A DNA stretch of 21,690 bases from Gemmatimonadaceae bacterium (GCA_040902005.1 JBBDYA010000088.1:80088-101777), one strand, 5' to 3'; counted from the stretch's first letter, positions 1-9,116 are shown. Notes: generated by a model from the sequence alone, not told the origin. A program made the numbers and translations.

Positions 1-45
1 CCGCCTGCACGTCCATACCCATGCCCGCAAGGGCGCGGCCGAGAA

Positions 46-1212
46 CTACTTGAGCATCAGCTTCGCGATCGTCTGCAGCTGCATGTTCGACGTTCCCTCG
101 TAGATCGTGCCGATCTTCGCATCGCGATAGAATTTCTCGACCGGGAAGTCCTTGGTGTAGCCATAGCCACCGAACAGTTCCACGGCCAGCGACGTGGTGC
201 GCTCGGCCACCTGGGATGAGAAGAGCTTCGCCATCGCCCCTTCGAGCGCAATGTCCTGTCCCGCGTCCTTGATGCGCGCGGCGTTGTAGACCATCAGCCG
301 GGCCGCCTCGACTTCCGCGCGCGCCTGCGCGAGCTGGAACTGGATTGCCTGGAATTCCGCGATCGGCTTGCCGAACTGTTGCCGCTCCTTCACGTAGTCC
401 GTGGCTGCCTTCAGCGCTCCCTGCGCCACGCCGATCATCTGCGCCCCGATGCCGATGCGTCCCTCGTTGAGCGTCTCGATCGCGATCTTGTAGCCCTGGC
501 CCACGGGGCCAAGCACGTTGGCCGCGGGCACCTCCACGTTCTCGAGGATGAGCTCTGTGGTGCTGGAGGCGCGAATGCCGAGCTTATCCTCCTTTCTGCC
601 CACGGAGAACCCGGGAAACCCGCGCTCCACGATGAACGCCGTGATCCCCTTGTAGCCGGCAGAGGGGTTCGCGTTCGCAAAGACGACATAGACTTCCGCC
701 TCGGCGCCATTGGTGATCCACATCTTGCGTCCGGTCAGCACCCAGCCGTCCCCGCGCTGCTCCGCCTTTGTCGTGAGACCGAAGGCGTCCGATCCGGATC
801 CGGGCTCGGACAGCGCGTACGCGCCGATCGTGTCGCTCGTCAGTTTCGGCAGATACGTGGACTTGACGTGGTCCGAGCCGTACCGGCAGATCGGGTAGTT
901 CACCAGCGTGTTCTGCACGTCCACCAGGATCGCGGACGACGCGTCCACCATGCTGATCTCCTCCACCGCGAGGGCGACCATGAAGAGCGATCCGTCCGCG
1001 CCGCCGAGCGATTCGGGCACCTCGATTCCCATGAGCCCCAGCTCGAAGCAGCTCCGGATCATGTCCGTATCGAGCTTGCCGGCGGATTCCATCTGCTTTA
1101 CGCGCGGTCGCACGTCGTTTTCGGCGAACGACGCGACGGCGTCGCGGAACATCAGCTCTTCGTCGCTCAGCAGGGTGAGCGGAGGACGGGCGGCGGAGAG
1201 GTCGCTTGGCAT
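46..1212 (-). CDS. Acyl-CoA dehydrogenase (short/branched-chain type)
   Basis: 388 aa. Carries ACAD motifs GAYALSEPGSGSD, GRKMWITN, KLGIRASST, FGGYGYTKDFPVEKFYRDAKIGTIYEGTSNMQ. Confidence 0.95.
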   Translation of the reverse strand: MPSDLSAARPPLTLLSDEELMFRDAVASFAENDVRPRVKQMESAGKLDTDMIRSCFELGLMGIEVPESLGGADGSLFMVALAVEEISMVDASSAILVDVQNTLVNYPICRYGSDHVKSTYLPKLTSDTIGAYALSEPGSGSDAFGLTTKAEQRGDGWVLTGRKMWITNGAEAEVYVVFANANPSAGYKGITAFIVERGFPGFSVGRKEDKLGIRASSTTELILENVEVPAANVLGPVGQGYKIAIETLNEGRIGIGAQMIGVAQGALKAATDYVKERQQFGKPIAEFQAIQFQLAQARAEVEAARLMVYNAARIKDAGQDIALEGAMAKLFSSQVAERTTSLAVELFGGYGYTKDFPVEKFYRDAKIGTIYEGTSNMQLQTIAKLMLK

Positions 1213-1233
1213 GCGGAGAATATACGATGCGGG

Positions 1234-1268
1234 CGCGGATTTTCGCGGATGACGCGGATGACGTGGAT
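1234..1268. repeat. Short tandem ~9-bp repeat array (GACGCGGAT-like, 4 units)
   Basis: CGCGGAT at 1234, 1244 and 1253, plus CGTGGAT at 1262, in the intergenic gap between yitJ and the acyl-CoA dehydrogenase. Confidence 0.75.
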
Positions 1269-1295
1269 GCGTGGCCGGAAGGACAGTCTTCAGTG

Positions 1296-3206
1296 CTACA
1301 CGCTCGCGGCGGTCTGACCGGTCGGGGTGATGCTTCCCTCGAACACCTGGAGCGCGAGCTCCACTTTTCCGAATGGCGCCGACACCTGGACGCCCTGCAC
1401 ACCGGCGCGGACCCGGTCCAGCATTTCGCGCGCGATCGCGATGCCCTCGGCGACCGCGTGTTCCTTGGACTTGTCGCTCGCGCGGCGCATGCGCGCGATG
1501 ATCTCGTCAGGCACGGTGACGCCGGGCACCTCGTTCGCGAGAAACTCGGCGTTGCGGACGGACACCAGCGGCCAGATCCCGGCGATCACCGGGATGCGGA
1601 CGTGCTCCACCGTCCGCAGGAATTTCTCGAGCTGCGCGGGGTCGAACACCGGCTGCGTGATCGCGTATTCGGCGCCGGCGTCCACCTTCCATTCGAAGCG
1701 TTTCAGCTCGTGCGCGGGATCGATCGCGGCAGGGTTCACGCCCACGCCGATGACGAAGCTCGTGGGCTTGCCGATCGCGTTGCCGCCCGGATCCTGGCCG
1801 CGATTGAGGTTCGCGACGAGGTTGGTGAGTCCGATCGCGTCGATGTCGAAGACGGCCGTCGCGTCCGGATACGGGCCCATTTTGGGCGGGTCGCCGGTGA
1901 CCAGCAGGAGATTGCGCAGGCCTACCGCCGCGGCGCCCAGCAGGTCGCTCAACATGCCGAGCAGGTTGCGGTCGCGGCAGGCGTAGTGGGTCACGGTCTC
2001 GATGCCCACCTGCTGCTCGATGATCACGCTGGTCAGCAGCGCGCCCATGCGGCTCTGTGCGCGCGGCCCGTCGGGCACGTTCACCGCGTCGACGCCGGCG
2101 TCCTTGAGTTTCCTCACGTCAGCGAGCATTCGGGTGGCGTCGACGCCGCGCGGGGGCACGATCTCGACGGAGGTGGCGAACGTCTTCGCCGCGATCTTCG
2201 CGCCCCAGCGGGATCGTTCCCGCAATGGAACCACGGATACGGGAGGCACGCTCCTGGGCGCCTGGCCGGATTGTGTCGCGGAGGTCCGCGGCGACGTCAG
2301 GTTCGCCAGGCGCGGCGCCAGGGGACGCACTCCCTCCGCGATCGCCCGGATATGCTCCGGTGTCGTGCCGCAGCATCCGCCAACGATGCGGGCGCCTGCC
2401 TGCACGAGATGCCGCGCGTAGCTGGCCATGTACTCCGGGCTGGCCATGTACATGGTGCGGCCGCCGATATCGCGGGGCATGCCGGCGTTGGGTTGCGCGC
2501 TCAGCTTCTTCTTCGTCTGCGTCGCCATCTTCTCGATCGCCTCGAGGATGATCTGAGGACCCACCGAGCAATTGAGGCCGATGACGTCCGCCCCCCAGCT
2601 GTCCAGCGCGCGCGCGATGTCTTCCGGCGTGGCACCAAACGGGGTGAGGCAGTCGGCACCGACGGTCATTTGCGCGATGACCGGCGTGTCTGACGACACC
2701 TCCTGGGCGGCCCGCAGCGCCTGTTCGATTTCGTGCAGGTCGCCAAACGTCTCCAGCAGGAGGACGTCCGCGCCGCCCTCCAGCAGCCCCTCCATCTGCT
2801 CCCGGAAATAGCCGCGCGCTTCGTCCAGACTCGTTGGCCCGAACGGTTCGATGCGCGCGCCAAGCGGTCCCACCGCGCCGGCCACCAGCGTGGGGCGGGG
2901 CGCCTCGTCCGCCACCTCGCGGGCCAGGGCCGCCGCCGCGCGATTGATCTCGTGCACCTGGGTCTCGAGCCCGTGCGGTGCCAGCTTCGGCCGGTTCGCG
3001 CCGAAACTGTTGGTCTCGAGGATCTCCGCGCCCGCCTTCACGTACGCGCGATGGACTTTCCGGATGAGATCCGGGGCGCGCAGGTTCAGCTCATCGTAAC
3101 ACTGATTGATGAACACGCCTTCGCCATACAGCATCGTTCCCATCGCGCCATCGAAGATCACGATGCGAGACGGGTCCAGGAGCCGGTCGAGCGCCGCGTT
3201 GCTCAT
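1296..3206 (-). CDS. yitJ: Bifunctional homocysteine S-methyltransferase / 5,10-methylenetetrahydrofolate reductase (YitJ-like)
   Basis: Start set at MSNAALD (ATG 3206), which overlaps the metH stop as ATGA. The N-terminal Hcy-binding domain has DGAMGT, GLNCS and GGCCGTTPEHI. The C-terminal MTHFR domain has EIVPPRG, HYACRDRN, VTGDPP and AITQPVFD. Confidence 0.92.
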   Translation of the reverse strand: MSNAALDRLLDPSRIVIFDGAMGTMLYGEGVFINQCYDELNLRAPDLIRKVHRAYVKAGAEILETNSFGANRPKLAPHGLETQVHEINRAAAALAREVADEAPRPTLVAGAVGPLGARIEPFGPTSLDEARGYFREQMEGLLEGGADVLLLETFGDLHEIEQALRAAQEVSSDTPVIAQMTVGADCLTPFGATPEDIARALDSWGADVIGLNCSVGPQIILEAIEKMATQTKKKLSAQPNAGMPRDIGGRTMYMASPEYMASYARHLVQAGARIVGGCCGTTPEHIRAIAEGVRPLAPRLANLTSPRTSATQSGQAPRSVPPVSVVPLRERSRWGAKIAAKTFATSVEIVPPRGVDATRMLADVRKLKDAGVDAVNVPDGPRAQSRMGALLTSVIIEQQVGIETVTHYACRDRNLLGMLSDLLGAAAVGLRNLLLVTGDPPKMGPYPDATAVFDIDAIGLTNLVANLNRGQDPGGNAIGKPTSFVIGVGVNPAAIDPAHELKRFEWKVDAGAEYAITQPVFDPAQLEKFLRTVEHVRIPVIAGIWPLVSVRNAEFLANEVPGVTVPDEIIARMRRASDKSKEHAVAEGIAIAREMLDRVRAGVQGVQVSAPFGKVELALQVFEGSITPTGQTAASV

Positions 3207-6200
3207 GGCGAGCCGACCGCCTGCTCGGCGCCCATGGGGTTGCCCGTGCGCACGGCGTAGTACTTCGCCTCGGGGTGGTGGACGATGATGGCCGCCGTGC
3301 TCTGCTCGGGGATCAGCTGGAAGGCCGACGTCAGTTCCATGCCAAGGGCGCTCTCTGCCGGGAGAATCCGGAAGAGCTGCGCATGGTCTTCCAGATCGGG
3401 ACAGGCGCCGTATCCCCACGAGTAGCGCTTGCCGCGTCCCGGAGGAATGCCCAGGTCATGGCGCAGCTTGCGATGCAGCCATTCCGCGACGGCTTCCGCG
3501 GTCTCCACGCCCAGCCCATGCACGTAGTACGCCTCGCTGTACTCGCCGGCCGACTGGAGTTCCTCGAACTTTCGCGCGGCGTCGTCGCCGACCGTCACGA
3601 TCTGGAAGCCGACCACGTCCACGTCACCGGAGTCGTGGCCGCGGAAGTAGTCGGCGATGCAAAGTCGGTCCCGTCCTTCCTGGCGTGGAAAATGGAATCT
3701 GGCCAGCTCCTTCAGGGTGCCGTCCTTCGTATACGGTTCCGGCTCGAGCACCACGAGATCGTTGGCGCGCGACTGCACGGGAAACAGCCCGTAGACCGCG
3801 CGCGGCTTCAACCACGCCTCGTCCTTCGCCTGCTGCTTCAGCCGCGCCAGCGTGGGCTCGAAGATCTCACGGACAGTCTTCTCGTACTCCGCGCCAGAAC
3901 CGCGCGCCCCCCACTGCAGCCGGTACAGTTCGTCGAGATCGAGCAACTGGAACACCTCGTCGATCGGGATCTCGTCGAGCACGCGCGTGCCAAAGAACGG
4001 CGCCGTCGGCACCGCGTGATCGGCCGACACGGCGCTGCGCGCGCCCGCGTCGTCGCCGACGGCAATGTCCTTGCCCACGGTGGTGTGCAGGAAGACATCG
4101 GATTTCGCATCCGCGAGCGCCTTGTCCACGAACGCGCCCCGCCGCTCCGGGTCCTGGAGCCGGTCCATCGTGTCCAGCCCCTCGAACGCGTCCTTGCAGT
4201 AGAATACGCCCGGCGCATAGGCCCGCTCGCCGTCCACGAAGAGCGCGCGGCGTCCAAAGCGGCGATTGATCGCGGCGCCCCCAATGAGCACAGGGTAGGT
4301 GAGGCCGCGCTTGTCCAACTCCTGCACGCAGAGCGGCATCTGCTTTGACGTGGACACGAGTAGCGCCGACAACCCGATGGCGTCCGCGCCGACTTCGACG
4401 GCCTTGTCGATGATGATATTGACCGGCACCTGCTTGCCCAGGTCGTACACCGTGTAGCCGTTGTTCGAGAGGATCGTGTTCACCAGCGACTTGCCGATGT
4501 CGTGCACGTCGCCATACACCGTGGCCAGCACGACCTTCCCCTTCGTGAAGCCCTCGGCGCGCTCGAGGAACTGCTCCAGGTGCTTGACCGCCTTCTTCAT
4601 CACCTCGGCGCTCTGGAGCACGAACGGAAGAATCAGCTCACCCGCGCCGAACTTGTCCCCGACCTCCTTCATGGCGGGAAGGAGCACCTCGTTCAGCACG
4701 CGCACGGGCGCCTCGCGCACCCCCGCGGAGTCGAGCGCGCTCTCGATGCCTTCCTTCTTGCGATGCACCACCATCCAGTGCACGATCTGCGCGGGCGTCA
4801 TGCCTTCGGTCGGATCTTCCTTCTCCAATCCGCGCGATCCGCGCGATCCGCCTGCTCCGCGCTGCTCGTAGTGCTCGATGAAGCGCTGGAGCGCGTCCGG
4901 ACGGCGGTTGAAGATCAGCTCGTCCGAGAGCGCCCGTTCGTTCTCGGGAATCTCGGCGTACGGCATCACGTGCACGGGGTTCACGATGGCCATGTCCAGC
5001 CCCGCTTCCACGCAGTGATGCAGAAAGACGGAGTTGAGCACCGCCCGCGCCTCCGTTGCCAGGCCGAAGCTCACGTTGGACACGCCGAGTGACGTGAAGA
5101 CGCCGGGCAGTTCGCGCTTGATGAGCTTGATGCCCTCGATCGTCTCGACGGCGGAATTGATCCACTCTTCATCGCCGGTGGCGAGCGTGAACGTCAGGTC
5201 GTCGTAGATGAGGTCCTCGGGCGCGAGGCCGTACTCTCCCACGACAATGTCGTAGATGGCGCGGGCGACCTCGAGCTTGCGGTCGCGCGTCTTCGCCATG
5301 CCGACCTGGTCGATGGTGAGCGCGACGAGCGCGGCGCCGTGTTTCTTCGCGAGCGGCACCACCTTGTCGATGCGTTCGCGGCCGTTCTCCATGTTGATGG
5401 AGTTGATGATCGCGCGGCCGGGGATGTGCTCGAGCGCCGCCTCGATGACCGGTGCTTCGGTCGAGTCGATCATGATGGGCGCTTCCACGCTCATGGAGAG
5501 CAGCTTGACCACCTTCGACATCTGCTCCGCTTCGTCGGCGCGTTCCGTGACCGCCACGCAGACGTCCAGGACGTGCGCGCCGCTCTCCACCTGGTCCTTG
5601 GCAACCTCCAGAATGCCCTCGTAGTCGTCGGCCAGGAGCAGCCGCTTCACCTTTCGCGATCCCTGCGCGTTCACCCGTTCGCCGATCAGCAGCGGTGCCG
5701 GCTCCTGGCGGAGGGTGGTGGCGCGCATGGCGCTGCTGACTGACGGCGCATGAGTACCGTGAGGGCGTGAAATACCCGACGCCGCACGGCCAACGCCGGA
5801 CGCCGAACGCTTCTGCAATTCATCCACGATCGCGCGCAGATGTTCCGGCGTCGTGCCGCAGCAGCCGCCCACGATGCCCACGCCGAACTCGGTCACGAAC
5901 TCGACGAGCATCGCGGCCATTGGCGCCGGCTCCAGCGGATACACGGCGTCGCCGGTTCCGGTGTTGAGCGGAAGCCCGGCGTTGGGAATGACAGAGATCG
6001 GGCATGACGCGTGAGACGTGAGGTAGCGGATGGGCTCGCGCATGTGCTCCGGGCCCGTCGAGCAGTTCAGGCCGATGACGTCCACGCGCAGCGACTCCAG
6101 CGTGACCAGCGCGCTGGCGACGTCGGTTCCCAGCAGCATGCGGCCGCTCGTGTCGAGCGTGACCTGGGCCTGGATGGGGATGCGGTAGCCGAGCTCGCGG

Positions 6201-6766
6201 AACAGCCGCTCGAATCCGGCGATCGCCGCCTTGACCTCGAGGATGTCCTGCGCTGTCTCCACGAGCAGCACGTCCACGCCTCCGTCCGCAAGCGCCTTCG
6301 CCTGCGCGTGGAAGGTGACTTCCAGGGCGGCGAACGTGATCCGGGAGAGCACCGGGTCGCTGCTGGACGGCAGCATGCCGGTGGGACCGATGGACCCCGC
6401 GACGAACCGCGGCCGTTCGGGCGTGGCGTACCGGTCACACGCAGCGCGAGCGAGCCGCGCGGCGCGCGCGTTCAATTCGTGCGCCTTTTCCTCGATGCCC
6501 CATTCGCGCAGCCGGTGGGGAGTGGACTGGAAGGTGCAGGTCTCGACGACGTCGCATCCGACCGCGAGGAACGACTCGTGAATGCCCTGGATGACGTCCG
6601 GACGCGTGAGGACCAGGTGATCGTTGCATCCCTCCAGCGCCTTGCCGCCGAAATCATCGGGGGTGAGAGGATGCAGCTGGATATTGGTGCCCATGGCACC
6701 GTCGAATACGAGCACGCGCTCGCGAAGCGCGTCGAGGTATGTCGTCCTGTAGGGAAGCGCAGTCAT
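3203..6766 (-). CDS. metH: Cobalamin-dependent methionine synthase
   Basis: Hcy domain (FDGAMGT, GGCCGTTPEH), pterin domain (IGERVNAQGS, IDST, GVSNVSFG), B12-binding motif GDVHDIGK..SALL and C-terminal activation domain (RYSWGYGACPDL). ATG at 6766 preferred over the TTG at 6775, which lies inside the terminator U-tract. Confidence 0.97.
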   Translation of the reverse strand: MTALPYRTTYLDALRERVLVFDGAMGTNIQLHPLTPDDFGGKALEGCNDHLVLTRPDVIQGIHESFLAVGCDVVETCTFQSTPHRLREWGIEEKAHELNARAARLARAACDRYATPERPRFVAGSIGPTGMLPSSSDPVLSRITFAALEVTFHAQAKALADGGVDVLLVETAQDILEVKAAIAGFERLFRELGYRIPIQAQVTLDTSGRMLLGTDVASALVTLESLRVDVIGLNCSTGPEHMREPIRYLTSHASCPISVIPNAGLPLNTGTGDAVYPLEPAPMAAMLVEFVTEFGVGIVGGCCGTTPEHLRAIVDELQKRSASGVGRAASGISRPHGTHAPSVSSAMRATTLRQEPAPLLIGERVNAQGSRKVKRLLLADDYEGILEVAKDQVESGAHVLDVCVAVTERADEAEQMSKVVKLLSMSVEAPIMIDSTEAPVIEAALEHIPGRAIINSINMENGRERIDKVVPLAKKHGAALVALTIDQVGMAKTRDRKLEVARAIYDIVVGEYGLAPEDLIYDDLTFTLATGDEEWINSAVETIEGIKLIKRELPGVFTSLGVSNVSFGLATEARAVLNSVFLHHCVEAGLDMAIVNPVHVMPYAEIPENERALSDELIFNRRPDALQRFIEHYEQRGAGGSRGSRGLEKEDPTEGMTPAQIVHWMVVHRKKEGIESALDSAGVREAPVRVLNEVLLPAMKEVGDKFGAGELILPFVLQSAEVMKKAVKHLEQFLERAEGFTKGKVVLATVYGDVHDIGKSLVNTILSNNGYTVYDLGKQVPVNIIIDKAVEVGADAIGLSALLVSTSKQMPLCVQELDKRGLTYPVLIGGAAINRRFGRRALFVDGERAYAPGVFYCKDAFEGLDTMDRLQDPERRGAFVDKALADAKSDVFLHTTVGKDIAVGDDAGARSAVSADHAVPTAPFFGTRVLDEIPIDEVFQLLDLDELYRLQWGARGSGAEYEKTVREIFEPTLARLKQQAKDEAWLKPRAVYGLFPVQSRANDLVVLEPEPYTKDGTLKELARFHFPRQEGRDRLCIADYFRGHDSGDVDVVGFQIVTVGDDAARKFEELQSAGEYSEAYYVHGLGVETAEAVAEWLHRKLRHDLGIPPGRGKRYSWGYGACPDLEDHAQLFRILPAESALGMELTSAFQLIPEQSTAAIIVHHPEAKYYAVRTGNPMGAEQAVGSP
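4828..4851. repeat. 9-bp tandem repeat (ATCCGCGCG x2.7) inside a metH inter-domain linker
   Basis: ATCCGCGCG ATCCGCGCG ATCCGC; encodes part of GGSRGSRGL between the pterin and cap domains. Confidence 0.6.
5775..5809. repeat. Degenerate heptamer array (5 units ending ACG) inside a metH inter-domain linker
   Basis: CCCGACG CCGCACG GCCAACG CCGGACG CCGAACG; encodes RSASGVGRAASG between the Hcy and pterin domains. Confidence 0.55.
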
Positions 6767-6773
6767 GTGGTGC

Positions 6774-6812
6774 AAAAAAAAGAAAATGGCCCAAACGCAT
6801 AGGCGTCGGGCC
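6774..6812 (-). terminator. Intrinsic terminator (riboswitch expression platform) just before metH
   Basis: The minus strand reads GGCCCGACGC-CTAT-GCGTTTGGGCC followed by ATTTTCTTTTTTTT, ending 7 nt before the metH ATG. Confidence 0.85.
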
Positions 6813-6814
6813 GG

Positions 6815-6868
6815 ACGCTTTAGCAGTTTGTTTAACGTGGCCGCAAGTTGCCGTTAAATCGCCACGAA
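6815..6868 (-). promoter_or_regulatory. SAM-II (SAM_alpha)-like riboswitch aptamer
   Basis: The minus strand reads CGTGGC-GATTT-AACGGCAAC-TTGC-G-GCCACG-TTAAACAAACT-GCTAAA. It has a P1 stem (CGTGGC/GCCACG), the conserved GAUUU and UUGC loop residues and the 3' GCUAAA pseudoknot strand. It lies upstream of methionine synthesis genes. Confidence 0.85.
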
Positions 6869-6881
6869 CCGGTTGTGCCTG

Positions 6882-6887
6882 ACATTA
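6882..6887 (-). promoter_or_regulatory. Candidate -10 box (TAATGT) for the riboswitch-metH transcript
   Basis: TANNNT hexamer about 15 nt upstream of the aptamer P1 strand, in otherwise GC-rich DNA. Confidence 0.4.
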
Positions 6888-6923
6888 CTCAGGCGGCTTC
6901 TCCGGAGCAAGATGAAGGTCCGG

Positions 6924-7331
6924 CTACACGGCGCGCTGCTCCGGTGGCGTTCTCCGCCCCGAACGGCCGGTGGCGATCACGCGGTCGCTCACGTGCTGTG
7001 CCAGGGCCATGAGCCGGTTGCGCTCCAGCGGGAGCGTCAGCTCGGCGAGCACCGCGCGCCGGAGCGCCGGCGAGAGCAGCGAGTGCTCGTCCGCGCGCTG
7101 CGAGAACAGCATGAGCGCTCCGCCAGGCAGCAGCGGGATGGCGAGTACATCCGCCACCGACTCGGCGGCAAGCGACCCTTCCAGCACCGCAAGAAGCGGC
7201 GGATCACCGGATGCCGCGTCGCGCGCCTCGAGCAGCGTCGCCACGGCGCGCGGAGAGTACCCCTGCGCCGCGAACGCCTGCGCCAACCCCTCGAGAAGGG
7301 CGCCGTCGCTTCCGACCAGCAGCACCTTCAT
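6924..7331 (-). CDS. Atypical single-domain receiver (CheY-like) protein
   Basis: MKVLLVGSDGALLEGLAQAFAAQGY...PLLAVLEG follows the beta1-alpha1...beta3 receiver pattern but lacks the canonical acidic residues. An alternative GTG start lies at 7364. Confidence 0.65.
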   Translation of the reverse strand: MKVLLVGSDGALLEGLAQAFAAQGYSPRAVATLLEARDAASGDPPLLAVLEGSLAAESVADVLAIPLLPGGALMLFSQRADEHSLLSPALRRAVLAELTLPLERNRLMALAQHVSDRVIATGRSGRRTPPEQRAV

Positions 7332-7364
7332 CACGACCAAGCCCCTGCCATGCGTCGTTTCCAC

Positions 7365-7646
7365 CTAGCCCCCCCCCCCAACACTTCTCACGCGGTCCTG
7401 CGAAACACCCTCGAGCTCCACGACCTTCCTTCGCGAGCCCGCCCCTGAGACAATGGTAACGGCTCGTCGGTGGATACCGAAAGTGCCGGCGAGCAGAGCC
7501 ACCAGCGCTTCGTTCGCCGCGCCGTCCACGGGCGGCGCCGTAAGGCGCACTTTCAGCGCGTTGCCGTGGCGTCCGACAATCTCGTTGGAGCGGGCCCGCG
7601 GCTGCACGTGCACGGTGAGCCGCACCCTGCCCGGCGTGACGGTCAC
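7365..7646 (-). CDS. yggU: DUF167 / YggU family protein
   Basis: RLTVHVQPRA...LKVRLTAPPVDGAANEAL...IVSGAGSRRKVV. The GTG start overlaps the yggT stop (GTGA), matching the classic yggT-yggU order. Confidence 0.9.
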   Translation of the reverse strand: MTVTPGRVRLTVHVQPRARSNEIVGRHGNALKVRLTAPPVDGAANEALVALLAGTFGIHRRAVTIVSGAGSRRKVVELEGVSQDRVRSVGGGG

Positions 7647-8221
7647 AGCAGCAGGCTCTGGATGATTCCCAGCAGCAGGAACGCCACGATCGGCGTGATG
7701 TCCACCGGCCCGAACGTGGGGATCACACGTCGCAGAGGGGCGAGCATCCATTCCGTAAGCAGGTAGCTCCAGCGAATCCAGATCGAGAATGGTGAGACCT
7801 GGATCCAGGTGGAGATCACGCGAACGATCAGGGCGATCCGCAGGAGCGAGAATGCCCACGTCAGGAGCAGCATCCCGAACCGTGCGGGGCTGCTTATCCC
7901 GAACGCGACATCGGCGAACACCCGGCCAAGGAGGTTCAGCAGAGCGATCAGCAGGATGCCGCCCACGATCACCACGACCAGCGTCCACAGCGGAGCGCTG
8001 CTTGGCAGTCCGCCACGACGAACGACGTGCCGCTCGACCGGCGCCATGAGCGGATCCACGAAGCGGCGGCAGAAGCGTCCCGCGGGGCCGAACGGATTGA
8101 CCTTCCGGGTGCGAACCGCCCAGTCGAGCACGGCGATGACCGCCACGCCGAGCGCGAGCCAGAAGAGCGCGACGCGGAGTATCCCGAGCATTGCGCTATA
8201 GCCGGTCAATGCCTGGTCCAT
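7643..8221 (-). CDS. yggT: YggT family membrane protein (two YGGT repeats)
   Basis: Hydrophobic 192 aa with motifs VDPLMAPVER and LTEWMLAPLRRVIPTFGPVDITPIVA. Confidence 0.9.
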   Translation of the reverse strand: MDQALTGYSAMLGILRVALFWLALGVAVIAVLDWAVRTRKVNPFGPAGRFCRRFVDPLMAPVERHVVRRGGLPSSAPLWTLVVVIVGGILLIALLNLLGRVFADVAFGISSPARFGMLLLTWAFSLLRIALIVRVISTWIQVSPFSIWIRWSYLLTEWMLAPLRRVIPTFGPVDITPIVAFLLLGIIQSLLL

Positions 8222-8230
8222 GTCCGCAAT

Positions 8231-9034
8231 CTATCGGCTGACGTAGAGGAGGACGCCGCTCACCAGTCCGATGGCGACGACGGCGCCCCGCACGAGGGCC
8301 TGGGGCACGCGCTGCGCCGCGCGGGAGCCGAGATACCCACCGGAGACCGCCCCGATGGCCATGGCGAGGGCCACGGGCCAGTTCACGAGACTGCTGAACG
8401 CAAACATGCCGGCAGCCACGGCATTCATGCAGACGCCACCCCAGTTCTTCAGCCCGTTCATGCGGTGGATGTTGCCGAGTCCCATGAACCCCAGGGCCGC
8501 GAGCATCAGGATGCCGACGCCGGCCCCGAAATAGCCGCCGTAGATAGCCACGAGAAACTGAAAGACGAGCACGGAGGGGGGCGGCCAGCGGCTCGTGATC
8601 GTGGCATCCGTCTCGAGCGCCGGGGAACCGCCAGCCGCCGCGGCCAGAGTCCGCTCGCGAATCCATCGCATCACCGGGCGCTGGATCATGAACAGGAACG
8701 TGGCTCCGAGCACCAGCCAGGGGACGAGTGCCGAGAACCTCGCCTCGGAGGTCCCGATCAGCAGGTACGCGCCGACCAGGCCTCCAAGGAGGCTCGGCAC
8801 CGCGAAGCCCATGGCCCACGGCCGGGCCCCGCGCAACTCGGCGCGGTATCCCCACATGCTTCCCAGCGCGCCGGGCCAGAGCGCCACGGTGCTCGTGGCA
8901 TTGGCGACGATCGGGGGAACGCCCAGCGCGATCAGGGCGGGAAAGGTGAGGAGTGTTCCTCCACCTGCGATCGAGTTCATGGCGCCGCCGATCATCGCGG
9001 CAAGCACCACCAGGACCAGTTGTGTCAGGGGCAA
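8231..9034 (-). CDS. TSUP / TauE-SafE family (sulfite exporter-like) membrane protein
   Basis: NSIAGGGTLLTFPAL, ANATSTVALWPG and YGGYFGAGVGIL motifs; about 8 hydrophobic segments. Confidence 0.9.
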   Translation of the reverse strand: MPLTQLVLVVLAAMIGGAMNSIAGGGTLLTFPALIALGVPPIVANATSTVALWPGALGSMWGYRAELRGARPWAMGFAVPSLLGGLVGAYLLIGTSEARFSALVPWLVLGATFLFMIQRPVMRWIRERTLAAAAGGSPALETDATITSRWPPPSVLVFQFLVAIYGGYFGAGVGILMLAALGFMGLGNIHRMNGLKNWGGVCMNAVAAGMFAFSSLVNWPVALAMAIGAVSGGYLGSRAAQRVPQALVRGAVVAIGLVSGVLLYVSR

Positions 9035-9116
9035 TGTTGCGGGCGGAACATGGCCAATAGATTGTGTGACGCGCGCGCACGGTGAGCGTGCGGAAATACC
9101 CTACGGAGAACGTAGC

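Noticed and set aside
1..45. Possible start of a downstream minus-strand gene (ATG at 22 or 16)
   Set aside because: Too little sequence at the window edge to support it.
6776..6923. Cobalamin or SAM-I riboswitch upstream of metH
   Set aside because: There is no B12 box and no SAM-I AUC..AGA/GAU core; the sequence fits SAM-II instead.
8595..9116. N-terminal extension of citrate synthase in the ORF track
   Set aside because: It overlaps the TSUP gene on the other strand; the ATG at 9117 has an SD and gives a normal length.
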